The notes below the pieces were generated by a model that had not been told where the DNA came from, ran no database searches, and was given only the letters and a program-made list of their open reading frames with translations. Below, piece after piece: positions 25,101 through 38,135 of a DNA stretch of 64,000 nt. The DNA comes from Neodothiora populina (taxonomy: Eukaryota): the NCBI RefSeq assembly GCF_041146345.1, contig NW_027191413.1:2356001-2420000 (forward strand), in the 5' to 3' direction. Each line of letters begins with the position of its first letter. Within the stretch, counting starts at the first letter, position 1. A program made the translations under genes and the position numbers.

Positions 25101-26997
25101 AGCGGGTGCACACAAAACACAGGCTGGCGTCAGAGAAAATCGCCAGGTAACATGGAAGTTTTACACAGTGTGCATGCTATAACGCGCCCCGCCTGCACAG
25201 TTGCCATGTGACGATCCTGTCACTCGTTCGTATAGCAGACACTAGGCAGGCCTATCAATGTAAAAGTTGCCGTGGAAAACACCAGAAGTCAGGATTTACC
25301 TCAACGGCCAGCCGCATGTGCGAAGTAAAAGACGTTTTGGCCATAGGCATTTTAGTTGCAATTGTCATCCAGTCACTACTATGTAGATCGACAGCGTTGA
25401 TGCAACATTGAGAGGCTCTAAAGGACTCACCCCTACGTGAACAGGGTGTGCAGGTGTGAGCGTCAAGTGACTCGAATCATGTCTCACAATGGTACAGATG
25501 TGTCAAGAAGTTTGGCTGGTACCGCCAAACGTGGTGACGATCGTCATAACTTAATGATCCACCAAACATGGTCAACCTGACGTGTGAGTTGCTTGGCACA
25601 GTTGTGTTGTCAAGTGGTGAATTTCGACCCACCGACAAGACTCAAGGGACCCGTGAACGTAGGTTCGGGTAGGTGCCGGACTAGATAAAGTGCGACCTTA
25701 CTCGCGCACCGTGCATTTCGAGCAAGACGATACATACCTATCTGGTATGACTGATGTGGCATCACAGCAGGTTTGACAAGCGGTAGGCGATGCTTGCTAC
25801 ATTATGGTGCGGTGGATCAGCGGACTCGCATAGCAGGACCTGAACCAGAAGATTGCAAAGCTACCTAGGCACAAGAGCGGTCAAGCAAAATAAGGCTGAC
25901 CGCGCCTTCCTCGTAGGACTTTGGATCACCTGTGGCGATTTTGGAGAAAGAAAAATGTCGAAGCGTCTTTCCCAAGCAACATCGACATGGGGTATGGCAA
26001 CCAGAAGTAGTGTGTCGTCGTATGTGTGTACATAATTGACCGGGAGCTCGGCGCACATGTTTTTCTCTCGAGGGTCTGTATGCAAATTGCGGCCGTCGCT
26101 CGGTCATGTCACTCAGCTAGTCCTTGTGGCCGGGCGCTAGGCATATGGTAGACGATTCATATTGTGGATGCTTCACCAACTGACCCTTGTCGAAGGAGTG
26201 CAAAAGACCCCCTTCTATAGTCGCCAAAAGGGATAAGATCTGCTTCAAGGATCATTGGAATCGGATGGTGGACCTGCCGAGTACAGCAAAAACCTGGGAG
26301 TGACCGACGATTGGTGAAGATCTTTGCCGCGTTCTTGTAGAGCGATCTTCAATTGCAAATTTGTGGGTCAAGGGGGAGAGCATAGAATGTCAGTCCTTGT
26401 TGTCGTATCAGATATAGATGCACGAGAAAAAAGGCAAGGAAGCGTAGCGAGGGCATTCGCAGATGCTGTACAATGCGCTGTGGGGATCAGAGTAGTCTTG
26501 TTAATGAGACCCATGTAATGGTAGCCGGCGCATCATCCAATTACTGGTAGATTGTCATGAGTGGCTGAGAGAAGGGCAGAGGGGAACTGCGGGTATCTGC
26601 GTTACTTCGGATGCAGGCCCTGGCCATGCGCTAAAGGCGAATAGCGTCATAGTCATTCAATGAGGTGCGCCCTAGCTTAAAATGTGCGAGGGCAACGTCG
26701 AACCTTTAGAGAAGCAGTCCCGCCGGGTAAAGACTCCACTGATGCCGGAGCAAGAGTGAGAGAGTCCCTCTGTATGCTCTTCTTTCGTGAACGCTGGCCT
26801 CTGCCACCCTTACCTTACTCTAAACGCCGCCGTCCCTCCTCTCTCGTTCCCCCCCTCCCCTCTTTGGACTCCAGATCTTCCTTTTATCTACATATAACGG
26901 AAGACATGGTGTTACAGGCGCTGGTGCACCGCTCGTAACAGCACATTGAATGATTTGAGAAGAGAGATTCGGCCCACGAATTCCTTCCCTCCATATC

Positions 26998-27636
26998 ATG
27001 ACATTTGACTCGACAAATTCTGATTCCACTTCGATACCTACACCTTCCCTCAGTGACGCCATCTCACCGGTGTCTCGCTTATCCGGAGCAGAGAAAGAGA
27101 CTCCACCTTTATCTACCAATTCATCAGAAGATAGTCTTCCACCACAAGCTCGTCTTCCCAGACCGAGATTACCGAGTCGCAAAAGCAGCGGCACCATGAT
27201 CATCCCCCGAGACAGTCCCAAAGTGGAGCTCCGACCCGAGGATGAGGAATATGATGAGGACGATGTCCGAAACCTGAGTCCTAGACGGACCAGTGAGGTC
27301 ACCGAAAAGCTAGGAGAGGATGCCAGAAGACATCTCATCGAGTATGTTTTTCTTTTTGATGATATAACAATCGAGCGTGCTGACGATCGACCTTTCTAGA
27401 CAAGCAAAACAATTACAAGCCAGCTTGATGGCCATCGTCGACCGGGTAGAAACGGTCAAGGTCGAACATGAGAAGCTCGAAGGCGGTAACAAATTTCTCC
27501 AATCGTAAGTTTCTCACACATGACATAAGTCCAAAGGGCCAAGACTTACAACCACTCCAGATACATTGGTGAATTAATACAGACGAGCAAGATCACCTCG
27601 GCCCACAAGAAGGGCAAGTCACGAGGTACCAAATAA
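26998..27636 (+). CDS. SLO1: Short coiled-coil protein (SCOC/Slo1, DUF2205-type)
   Basis: Exons 26998-27341, 27400-27504, 27561-27636; spliced C-terminus QAKQLQASLMAIVDRVETVKVEHEKLEGGNKFLQSYIGELIQTS matches the SCOC/Slo1 coiled coil. Not recovered as one ORF in the track. Confidence 0.8.
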
Positions 27637-28759
27637 TGACTTCGGATTACTATTGTTTTGGGATGGCATATCGCAAGGCGTCAACGGCATGGATGCATTT
27701 TCGACTACGCGGGCATTTCTTTTTCTGTTCCAGCGTCAGGGTTTCATGCGGCGTTCAGGTTCACCAGGGATCCAGGCGTATGTCCACGGAAGGACATACA
27801 CGGATTCACTCAAGGTCAGCCTTTTGATTTGAAATGCCCACACCACAAGGCTCTTTCTTTCTGGTTCACAATATACATAACTTCGATACCGGCTCAGTTT
27901 CGTCCGACAGCAAGCGTTGGATAAGAGCATTATATGCAGCGTGTGGCAAGATACCCTGCAGCATCATTTCTTCACAGAGAGCGCAAGGTAGTAGCATGGA
28001 ACTCTTTTTTATATTCCATTTCTACTGTAACAACATTAACTATTAGATTTTGGAGGCGCTGTATTAGATAACAGACCAAACAGCGCGAGCGTTTTTCGAG
28101 CCAAAACAAAAAACAAGATAATAAAACCAAACCCTCGATCCAATCCTTCCAGCGCCGTGTCATAGTAGCTGCTCTCCGATGTTGTGTACGTTGTTTGTGT
28201 GCAAGACCAAACCCCACCCATCCACCCTAGTCCCACAGTTGCTAGCTGAGTAGAAACACGTATGTGATTGTCGTCACGCTATTTGCAAATCAAGGGGCCC
28301 AATTAATAGGAGTAGACTCTCAGTGCTGCAGCCCAAACAAAGCAGGATTTGTCTAGGTGCGATGCCTTCAGGTCCGACAGTTGAGCAGTTGATGGAACGG
28401 TTGCCAAGACCGGCGATAGGGAGACTTTAGGATAGGAGAAAAGCTGCGGTGGGGAGGGAGAGGGGAGAGTACCTATACAGTACTGTACACTGAAGAAAGG
28501 AAGCTGGTAAACGTTTTATTCAACTCCCACCCGTCGCATGTGAATCACTTTACCATTAGCTGAGACCACCCCCTCTTCTCTTCTCGCTCTCCATATTGTT
28601 ACTCATGCGACACTCTTTACAACAAACCCGAGTACGCCAGCAGCAGAAATCTTGACAACACAAGCCATATCCAGTCGCGGACCCTGGATTGACCTAACTC
28701 TGGTAGAGGATAACTCGGGCCGACCGGACCACCGCGCGCGATCGCCCGCCGACCGCATC

Positions 28760-29938
28760 ATGCTCGCCACCTCAGGCATACTACGAAGCTTCGGCCTCGC
28801 AGTCGGCGCCATCCTCATTCTTTTCGGCCTGTTGTGCCTATCCATATCCATTCCGACAGCGCCACATTCACAAATAGATGCATTCGAGAAGGTGCCGCAC
28901 GAGGAACTTTACAATGGCACGGAAAAGGGATTCGCTCGGATCAAGAAGGTTTCGGCCTTGATTGGCGAGCGTAATCATCTATACGAAAGGGCGTTGAAGA
29001 CACACGAGCGCCATAATGAGATACACGGGTACGAGATGCAGGTGCTGAGAGAGAGGATCACGAGCAGCTATTGGGCCAAGCCTTCGTGGCTGTTGGCCAT
29101 GCTTGTCGAGGAGCTTGCTAGGCCCGAACTCGAGCGTAATGAATGGCTCGTGTGAGTATCTATTTTTCTTTCCTTGGTTGGTTCGGCAACACAAAGAGCG
29201 GGAAGGATCAAAATATGATATCATTGTATAGCGGAATATGGTGACTGACTTTGATGCGAAACCAGGTGGTGTGATCCTGACACGATCATCTTGAACCCGC
29301 TGATACCTCTGGAGACATTCTTGCCACCGAAGAACATGACTGACGTACACATGATTGCGACACACGATCCGGATGGCCTCAATACTGGAGTTTTGTTCTT
29401 CCGAGTATGCGAGTGGACTTTCAAGTTCTTGATTGATGTTCTGGCAGTGCCGTTGAGAGACGGCACGATACAGACCGCATTGTCAAAGGACGCTCCGGCA
29501 ATTGAAAAGGTGTTGGACTACCCCAACTTTCGTGGCAGAACAATCTACGAACCCAGAGGCTGGTTCAACGCATTCCACGCACATGGCTATTTTGAGGCGA
29601 GTCAGGGAAGCATGCTGGTTCATTTTACTGATGTCAATGGCGACAAATGGAATGCAATGGATCAGTACCTCAAGAACGTGACTGCGGAAGTAAATCCCTG
29701 GAAGAAGAGACTGAATGAGACCGCGTACGAGATCATGCTGCATGACTTTTGGAATCGTGTCACGCAGGCAAAGGATCTACTGACGGAGTTCAGGGAGAAG
29801 GAGAGGGACAACGAAGTGCGAGAGGCTGCGGACAAGCTTCGACATGCGCTCGATCACAGGACGGACGACTTTGACAAAATGATTGCAGCGCTGATAGGCT
29901 TGAGGAAGTCAGTCAAGAAGCCAAGACAGTCTGAGTAG
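28760..29938 (+). CDS. GT34-family glycosyltransferase (Mnn10/Gma12-like Golgi mannosyl/galactosyltransferase)
   Basis: Exons 28760-29151 and 29266-29938; N-terminal TM anchor, YWAKP, WLVWCDPDTIILNP (DxD), GLNTGVLFFRV, LVHF motifs. Confidence 0.88.
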
Positions 29939-30551
29939 ACGACACCAAGTCACCACCAGAAGAGGGGAGTCTTGTCATGGTCAAAAACCCTGTGACGAAT
30001 ATATCAATGTGTTTTTCTCGGTTCAATGTATAATCTTTCCATTCCAATGAACACTGGCTTTAATGTTCTCTACGAGCGCTGTCATCGAACAGGACATTGA
30101 TGTGTAAGGTACCTATCGTTCTCTTGCAAGATGCAGAATGATGACGGAAGATGCCGCGGCAAGAGTCAATCTGGTCCAAGGGCTGAGGAGGGTTTCAGAA
30201 GGTCGCGACAGCTGTCCGGGGTCGATTAAAGTGATTAAAAAAGCCATGTGAAGCGTACGGAGTAGAAGCCACGTTAAAGAATGGAAGTGTGAAGTTGCTA
30301 GCAGTACGGTAGTTGTTGCAACGTAACAAAGCACCACTTATTTGACTTGAACAAGCACCTGCCTTGCGCAACACGTTCATTCCTCTCGACGCCCTTTCCT
30401 TGTTCTTTGTCCTGTCTCCAAAGCAATTGGTGTTTCTATTCCCCTCGCCACAAGCTCGCATCTTCTGGATTGCCGAGTCTCGTCCTTGTCACAGGCGCCG
30501 CAGAGCGCAGTACCTTGATTGGTGAATCAGTATAGACCAAACGCCGACAAC

Positions 30552-32890
30552 ATGTCGACAGAGTACAATTACGATGACCAGGTAAGCAGGACAGCAATGC
30601 ACAGCAGTCTCCTCCTGGTGACCAAAAAGCACATCACTGACTTTCATCAGGGTCAATTCTTCCCCTTCTTCTTCGTCACTGTAGCCGGTCTAGTGACGCT
30701 CCCCGTAACATATTCTCTCCTTAGACCCAGCAAAGGTGCGCAACTTGCAATCTCTCCCCGAGTCGCGCCCATACTCACAGCCATTAGATTTGGAAAACAC
30801 TGCGCCGCGGATACAGTCCTCGTACGAGCCCGAACATGCAGATCTTATTGAAGGACAGAGACGGAGGCAGAAGAGACGTGAACGCAAGCTCAAGCGCATG
30901 ATTGTGGCCGCCGCGGGCTGGACCTTTATGGCCCTGATGATCTACCTCATGAGCGTCACCGCGAGGAGTGAGACGAAGATCTGGGATCCCTATGAGATCC
31001 TGGGCATTCCCATGGTATGTGGTCAATTCGACTCATAGGGGGTGGGGTGGGAAAGCGCTGACAACAAGTTCCAGTCGGCAACAGAGAAGCAGATTCAGTC
31101 CAGGTACCGAAGACTCTCGATTACGATGCATCCCGACAAGGCTCAGCCCGACGCATCCAAGAACGAGACGGCAGAAGACATCAACGGACGATGGGTCGAG
31201 GTCATCAAGGCCTACAAGGCTCTGACCGACGAGGACATCCGCAATAACTTCATCATGTACGGCAACCCCGATGGCAAGCAGTCTACCAGCTTTGGCATCG
31301 CTCTACCACAATTCCTCGTCACCGAAGGCAACGGCAAATACATCTTGCTTATCTATGGAGCGCTGCTGGGTGTACTCTTGCCCTACTTTGTCGGCAGATG
31401 GTGGTATGGCTCGCAAAAGATGACCAAAGAGAAGATCCTCGTCACGAGCGCCGGCAATCTCTTCAAGGAATACAGCGAGCGTCTCGACAAGAACGGAATC
31501 ATCTATGCCCTCAGCAGTGGAGCTGAGTATGCAGACATCCTCAAGGGGCACAAGGCCGACACTGGCTCAGGTCAACTGGAGAAGCGCGTCCTTGCCGAGA
31601 ACGAGGCTTCGCTGCTTTCCTCTGTGCTCGCGGAGAAGGACCGCAAGAAGTTACAGGAGCTGGACGATGGTGTGCGCAGGAAGACTCTCGCCCTATTGTG
31701 GGCTTATCTGGGTCGCGTGGAACTCGACGATGCCACTCTGAATGAAGAGAAATACGAATTGGCCCCGACCGCCCATCGACTGAACGACGCCTTTATCCCT
31801 ATGGCTCTCGCTTTTGGCTTCACCATGCCCGTCCTCCACGCCTACACGACATCGCAGAGCCTGATCCAGGCCATGCCTCCCGATTCGCCGCCTCTACTGC
31901 AACTACCTCACTTCTCCCTCGACGCTATCAAGAAGATCGAAGAGGCGGCAAAGACCGAGTACCATCGCCATCTCACCGTTCAGGGCTTCATGGATCTTCC
32001 CGAGCAATCTAGACGCGACATGGTCAAGTCTGCAGGCATTTCCCCGCAACAGTACGAAAGCGCTGTAACGGTGGCGAGACAGCTGCCGCGTCTGGTTGTC
32101 GAACGTACCTTCTTCAAGGTGCATGGCGAAAAGTACATTATCCCTAGCTCCCTTGTCCAATTCGTGGTCAAGGCTCGATTCATACCTCCCGGCGCCCAGG
32201 ATGTCCCCGCCGTCAAGCCGTCAGATCTCGAGGATATCGACGTGGAAGAGTTCGACAGCAACGGTCGCCGCATCTCTCAAAGCGAGGTCAAGCAGCATCA
32301 GCCTCCTCTCGCCCACGCCCCTTACTTTCCCCGCGACCACTCTCCCCGATGGCATTTGTTCCTCGGCGACACCCGACAGAACAAGATCGCTGTACCGCCA
32401 TTTACTTTTACTACATTTGACAAGCCCATCCTCGACGAGGCGGGCAAGCCGACGTACAATGTGCAGACGCTCAAGATGCAGTTCCAGGCTCCACCTCAAC
32501 CCGGACAATACAAGTTCCAGATGCAGTTGTTATGTGACAGTTATGTTGGATTCGACGAGAAGGTGGATGTCTTGCTCACACTAGACGACCCCAGCAAGGC
32601 CGAGGAGGTGGCCGAGGATGACGACATCAGCGAGCCCGAAGAAGGTATGCACATGTCTTTCTATTTCCTGCTTCCTTTTCCCATTGGCTAATGTTTCCAT
32701 TACAGACACGATCGCAGGCCAAATGGCAGCATTACGAGGCGCACCGACGGCGGCAGATGCCAAGCCCAAGACCGAGAGAAGGAAACGAGTGGCGGCGGCG
32801 GACGAGGAGAGCGACAGCGAGAGCGGCACAGATGAAGACGAGGAGACGGAGAGCGAGACGGACACCGACACGGACACGGACGAGGAATGA
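30552..32890 (+). CDS. SEC63: Protein translocon subunit Sec63
   Basis: Exons 30552-30581, 30651-30735, 30788-31014, 31075-32644, 32706-32890. MSTEYNYDDQGQFFPFF start, J-domain (WDPYEILG..HPDK..YGNPDG), Sec63/Brl domain, acidic tail TDTDTDEE. Confidence 0.95.
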
Positions 32891-33765
32891 GTATCTCAGT
32901 AGAAGTTCCCCGCGCACGGAGGGTAGTAAGACTTGTTTGAGCCGCTTCCGTTGTTTGAATCGCGCGAGTCTTGCATACCAAATGCATATCTAAGGCGTTC
33001 TTTTTTCTCGTCTAGGCCAAATTCAGACAGCGCTTGATGCTCTGCCGGGACTTGCACGTCGTCTCGTCGCTCATAACGTGCGCCGAGTTCCTGACGCTCT
33101 CGTGGATATGGCTTTTGTTGTTGCTGGTTTCTTCGCTTTGGCGATCTGCGCCGACATGACAGATACGAAATCCACGTTTCCTGGTCTGTCACATTGGTGT
33201 AGTGTATGGTGTAGTCTATAGGCACTGGAGGGAGGACGTTGCAATCACAACAATATCAATGTCGTGTTTAGAAAAGAGCGAGAGAGTTCCTGTAATCGGC
33301 TAGCGATAAGCAATCCTTATCTCTCCCGTTCCGAGGGACCGAGCCCAAGAAGATTCACGAGGATCCGGAGATGACGGGGAAATTGTTGCTAGGTATCCAG
33401 CAATGACCATGATTGCATTCGCCCTGGATTAAACCTTCGATCGTTGTACATATACAAAGGCTGTCGGAGTACATTCGACACTGACTTGAAGCTGCATTGG
33501 AACACGACAATTCTGATCTCTCTCCTTGCCCGTTATCCTCAGATTGATGTCTGAAGGGCTATCTCAGCTACGACGAGCGAAGCAGCCAGGGTGCCCCTGC
33601 AGTCAACGGCGGCCTTGGCACTTTGATGCGGTATACAACAATACCTTGACAGTTCCGCCAGCTCTCCCTATCTTGCATTCCTGTCTGTCGGGAAATTACT
33701 GCTGCCGAGTGACGCGATATCAGATGAACCTGCAATATCCTCGCTGAATGTGATGCGACCGCGCC

Positions 33766-34602
33766 ATGTACCATCTGATCAAATCCGTGTACTTGCATGC
33801 CACCAGTAAAGAAGGTAGCTAATATCTCAATCATATATGTACATATATGCTCCAGGATCGAATGACCTCAATTCACTAAGTGAAAGACCCACAGAGTACT
33901 CGATCCTCTTGCTCGGACTAGACAACGCGGGGAAAACAACGCTACTGGAACAGATCAAAGCCCTCCACAGCCCACACTTACACCCGAACCTCAAGACCGT
34001 CCCCACCGTCGGCCAGAATGTCAGCACCATCGATCTCCCCGACATGTACCTCAAGATCTGGGACGTCGGCGGCCAGCACTCGCTGCGCGGCCTGTGGCAG
34101 TCGTACTACAAGAGCTGCCACGCCATCGTCTTCGTCATAGACAGCACCGACATTGGCGACTCGGACACGGAGCGCCTGGACAAGCAAAACATGGGCCACG
34201 AGGTCGACGAGGAGGGCAGACTCGAGGAGTGCAAGCTGGTCTTGGAGGATGTGCTCTTGAACGAAGACACCGAGGGCGTGCCTGTCCTGGTGCTGGCGAA
34301 CAAGCAGGACAGAGAGGACTGCGTCGAGGTCGTGCGCATCAAGGAGGGTCTCGTGCGCAAGGTCATCGAGGGAGAAAAGGGCGGCAGCGTCAGAGACAGC
34401 AGAGTTCTGCCGCTCAGTGCCCTGACTGGTACTGGAGTCAAGGAGGCTGTCGAGTGGCTCTGCAGCCGCATCAAGTGGAACAAGGTTTGTCTATTTGTCC
34501 TTTTCTTTCTTCGGTGATGCTCTCTTTACCTGCACCACTGACTATTCGCATTGTGCTGACTGTACGCGAAAACAGGAAGCAAGGCCTCCGCAGATGAGAT
34601 AG
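33766..34602 (+). CDS. ARL3: ARF-like GTPase Arl3/ARFRP1
   Basis: Exons 33766-33814, 33895-34484, 34576-34602. MYHL.. start without the myristoylated Gly2, GLDNAGKT, PTVGQN, WDVGGQ, LANKQD, SALTG. Confidence 0.9.
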
Positions 34603-35032
34603 ATCTCGTTGCAGGACAACGCCTCCTCCATACAAACTTTACGACTTTCTTCCACCGGAAACATTCCAAGCCATCTCTGTGCCTGAGAAGAGGGGCAGGG
34701 ATTATGCGCAACAGTGTGGTCAAAGATGAACAAGTCTATCATTGCAATCTTTTCTGCTGTTTCGTAAACCACCGATACCCACCTTTTTATGCAATACAAC
34801 GTTTATTGTATCGAGCTTTTGTCCAAACATTACTGGTTTCGTCACGTGTCAATGTACAGAACCATGTAGTAAGCAGGCAATGATTGAGCAGTTCCATTGC
34901 AGTCATGCTCTTCATATGCCAACGTCTGTTCTCTATCTAAACCTTGAAAGACAGCTCTTGCTAGCTATATCTGCTGCACTGACGACAGTAGTCCTGTTGC
35001 TACATTACTTGTCAACTGCATTGGCGAGTTCG

Positions 35033-35677
35033 TGCTATGACACAATGCTGCTTTAAGCATGACGAAGGGCTCGGTCAAGTTAGCGACCATTCATTAGGCA
35101 ATCATTGACCATTCAGTAAAGATTCATTAGCTATTCACTAGTGACTCATCGATCACTCATCATAGCCTCATCGACTACGCAACTAGGTATTTATCAGACA
35201 GGTGTGCTTTCGTGACCAGGGTCTAATGGTCAAGTCGTATATATGTATATGCGATACTTTTGGTGGTATCGCCGATGAGGAATTTTGGTAATGCTTAAGG
35301 TACGCCAAGGTCAGGAGTTGCAAGAGAGAACTACATTTCAGGTCTGTTAGATAGTACAAGTATAGGATAGAGCTTACTCCGAACATCACGTTCACTTTAT
35401 GATTTAAGCTTCATATAATAAATGGCTGGTTTAGTAGCACTCGGGCAGTAAGCGAAGTGTTAGGAAAGCAGTAAGCGAGTTCTTAGGATTCAACATGTGG
35501 GTCGCTGGCAAGTGATGAACGAGTCGTTGAAAAGAAGAAGAGTGAGGAACAAGCCTTTAAAGAGCTATCAATAAGGTCTTAAGAAGTACGAGCTCCTCTG
35601 TTAATGACTCGGTTACTACAGGTACCTTAGGTTTACAGTAAAGCAAGACGCGCCTTATGATGCTCGTTGATATAACA
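35033..35677. other. A+T-rich, TpA-rich degenerate segment (possible RIP-mutated repeat or gene relic)
   Basis: Stop-rich in all frames, many TA dinucleotides, short direct repeat GCAGTAAGCGA; boundaries approximate. Confidence 0.3.
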
Positions 35678-36837
35678 GGTACCGGTGGCTTGTGGCCCGG
35701 CCCGCTTTAGGCCGTAAAACCATTATCTCACATTGGTATTTGCTTCCTTATCAGAAGCAATCCCATTGATATCGCAGTCGATCTCAAAGTTCTTCACCTT
35801 CTAGCGAGCGTCTGCACAGCATCGAAATCGTTTCTAGCGTGCGTATTCGCAGTGCCAGAACAGAAGGATACCTTATCATCGTCATTTAATGCCCCTGTCA
35901 TCTTGATTTAGACTCTCTGAAATCGCACCAACCCACGCCAACCAAGCCCGGCACCTCGTTCCCCGTCGGGGAGAGCGAGTCTAAGTCTTGGAACAGGACG
36001 ACAGAAGGGACCTGCATCGCACAAGCCACGTACAACGTCCAGCCGGCTAGTCGGGCATTTAGGCCTTGCACTGTCAAACCAGGTTACTGGGGCCACCACA
36101 AATTTTCGCCTTACTCGATTGATCTGTCCTTGGAGCTTGTTGACTCTGTCCAGACAGCCAGAGAAGGAAGGTTTCATCGCACTGAATCCCGTCATTGCGT
36201 CGTCGTTTGCGCGCGCGCCCGGGTCCTTCAGGAGCAGAGCTTCCCCTTGCAAGCCACCGCGATCACAAGAAATTCATATTTGACACGTCCCTTATATATG
36301 CAACATGGAGGTGAGCCAATCTGCTTTCCCCTCTTTTCTCATGACATTTCCTTGATTTCGTGAGACTGCTTTTTTTTCTGGGCGGATCATGTTATTTGTC
36401 ACGTTGTTTCGCTGCGCTGCGGATACCTTTCGTGCTCGCATTGGCGTGCATTGAATAAGAGTTCACCCTGGCTTGGACTCACTTGTCGTTTGCTGTAAGT
36501 CTCACAATCTCTCTACTTTCTACTTTGTTTATATCCACTTTGGCTTTTTTTTCTTTCCCTCATGATCAAAAGTCCATATGGCTTATGGTCGTATACGGCG
36601 CGTGCAGGCAAACCATGGCCAATGATCTCGTCCCCGGACTGTGGCATTATACGCCGAGCAGTGAACTTTGATAGACCTATCATTGCAACAGCCCCGTGAA
36701 ATTCACTGGCCTGTTCACTTCCCACTCAGCTGACAGTCGACTTCTCTACCTCCAGTCCAACGACCTTGACCACTTCATGAACTTTGCGGCCAGCGAAACA
36801 GACATTCGAGCCAATCGGAACAAGAAGCTCTGCCATC

Positions 36838-38135
36838 ATGACGCGACCAAGCATGCGTGTCCTGAAGGGACCACGCGACGAAGTCTTCAGCCACGAGAGA
36901 TTAATGAGTTATATACAGGAGCAATCCGACGCCGATTTCCCTGAGCTGTCCAGTGAAGCTGCCGCTGAGCGGTATCACACCGGACGTGTACCCAATGGAG
37001 GCAAAGGTCGCAACCGCCCAAAGTTGATGCTCATGGGACAGAGGAGGTCCGCCGCACATTCATGATCCAGATCACTTGCAATTTTGCTTACTTGAATTTC
37101 CAGGAGTGGCAAATCATCTATATCAGGGGTGGTGTTCCAGAAAATGCCCCCATCAGAAACCTTGTACCTGGAGACGACTACAAGGCCCGAAGAGTCCTCC
37201 TCGCAGTAAGTACCGAATTCGAATTGTGTTATGCGCGACGTTGCATCTGACAGTAGCAAAAGCTCTTTTATGGACTTCCAGATTGCCGAATTGCCCGGAC
37301 ATGTGAATTACTTCACCCCGGACTTCAATCAGGCGAATATATTTGCTGAGATAGGTGCCATCATATGGGTGATCGATGCCCAAGATCAATATCTGGACGC
37401 CTTAAACCAGCTCATTGATACCATTACGTATCTTGCGCAAACATGGCCTGCGATCAACGTCGAAGTCTTTGTTCACAAGGTTGATGGCCTGTCCGAGGAG
37501 TACAAAAACGACACATTTCGCGACATTAGACAGCGAATACTGGATGAGTTAAGCGACATGGGATATGATAATGCTCCAGTCAGTTTCTACCAGACGAGCA
37601 TCTACGACCATTCGGTGTTCGAATCCATCAGCAAAGTCATACAGAAGCTGCTTCCTCAGCTACCGACTCTGGAGAGCCTGCTCAACAGTCTTTGTAGCAC
37701 GTGTCGCATACAGAAGGCATACCTTTTCGACATCATCACCAAGATATACATTGCGTCGGACACCAGTCCACAAGACACTAACAGTTATGAGATCTGCTCC
37801 GACTTGATCGACGTTGTGGTTGATATCAGCGAGCTTTATGGCTGGCCGCGCCCGAAAGACGACCAGTCAGATAGATTGGAGTTTGGCAACCATGCGTGTG
37901 AGAGCATGGTGACCATGGAGAAGAAGGGCCACAATTACCTGTACCTTCGCGAGATGAACAGGTATGTTTCCTCAGAACATAAGTATGGATCGTGAACGAG
38001 GATACTGACGAGGGCCACAGATATCTTGCACTAGTATGCATTATGGGAGACGATAACCCCATGGAGAGGAAGGTGCTCATAGATTACAACGTCGGGGTCT
38101 TTCAGGAAGCTCTGGCCAAAGTTTTCCAGTGGTAG
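36838..38135 (+). CDS. GTR2: Rag GTPase Gtr2/RagC-D; 5' end uncertain
   Basis: Exons ..37046, 37104-37205, 37263-37961, 38021-38135. MGQRRSGKSS P-loop, FMDFQIAELPG, VIDAQD, FVHKVDGL, TSIYDHS, YLFDIITKIYIASD. Confidence 0.93.
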
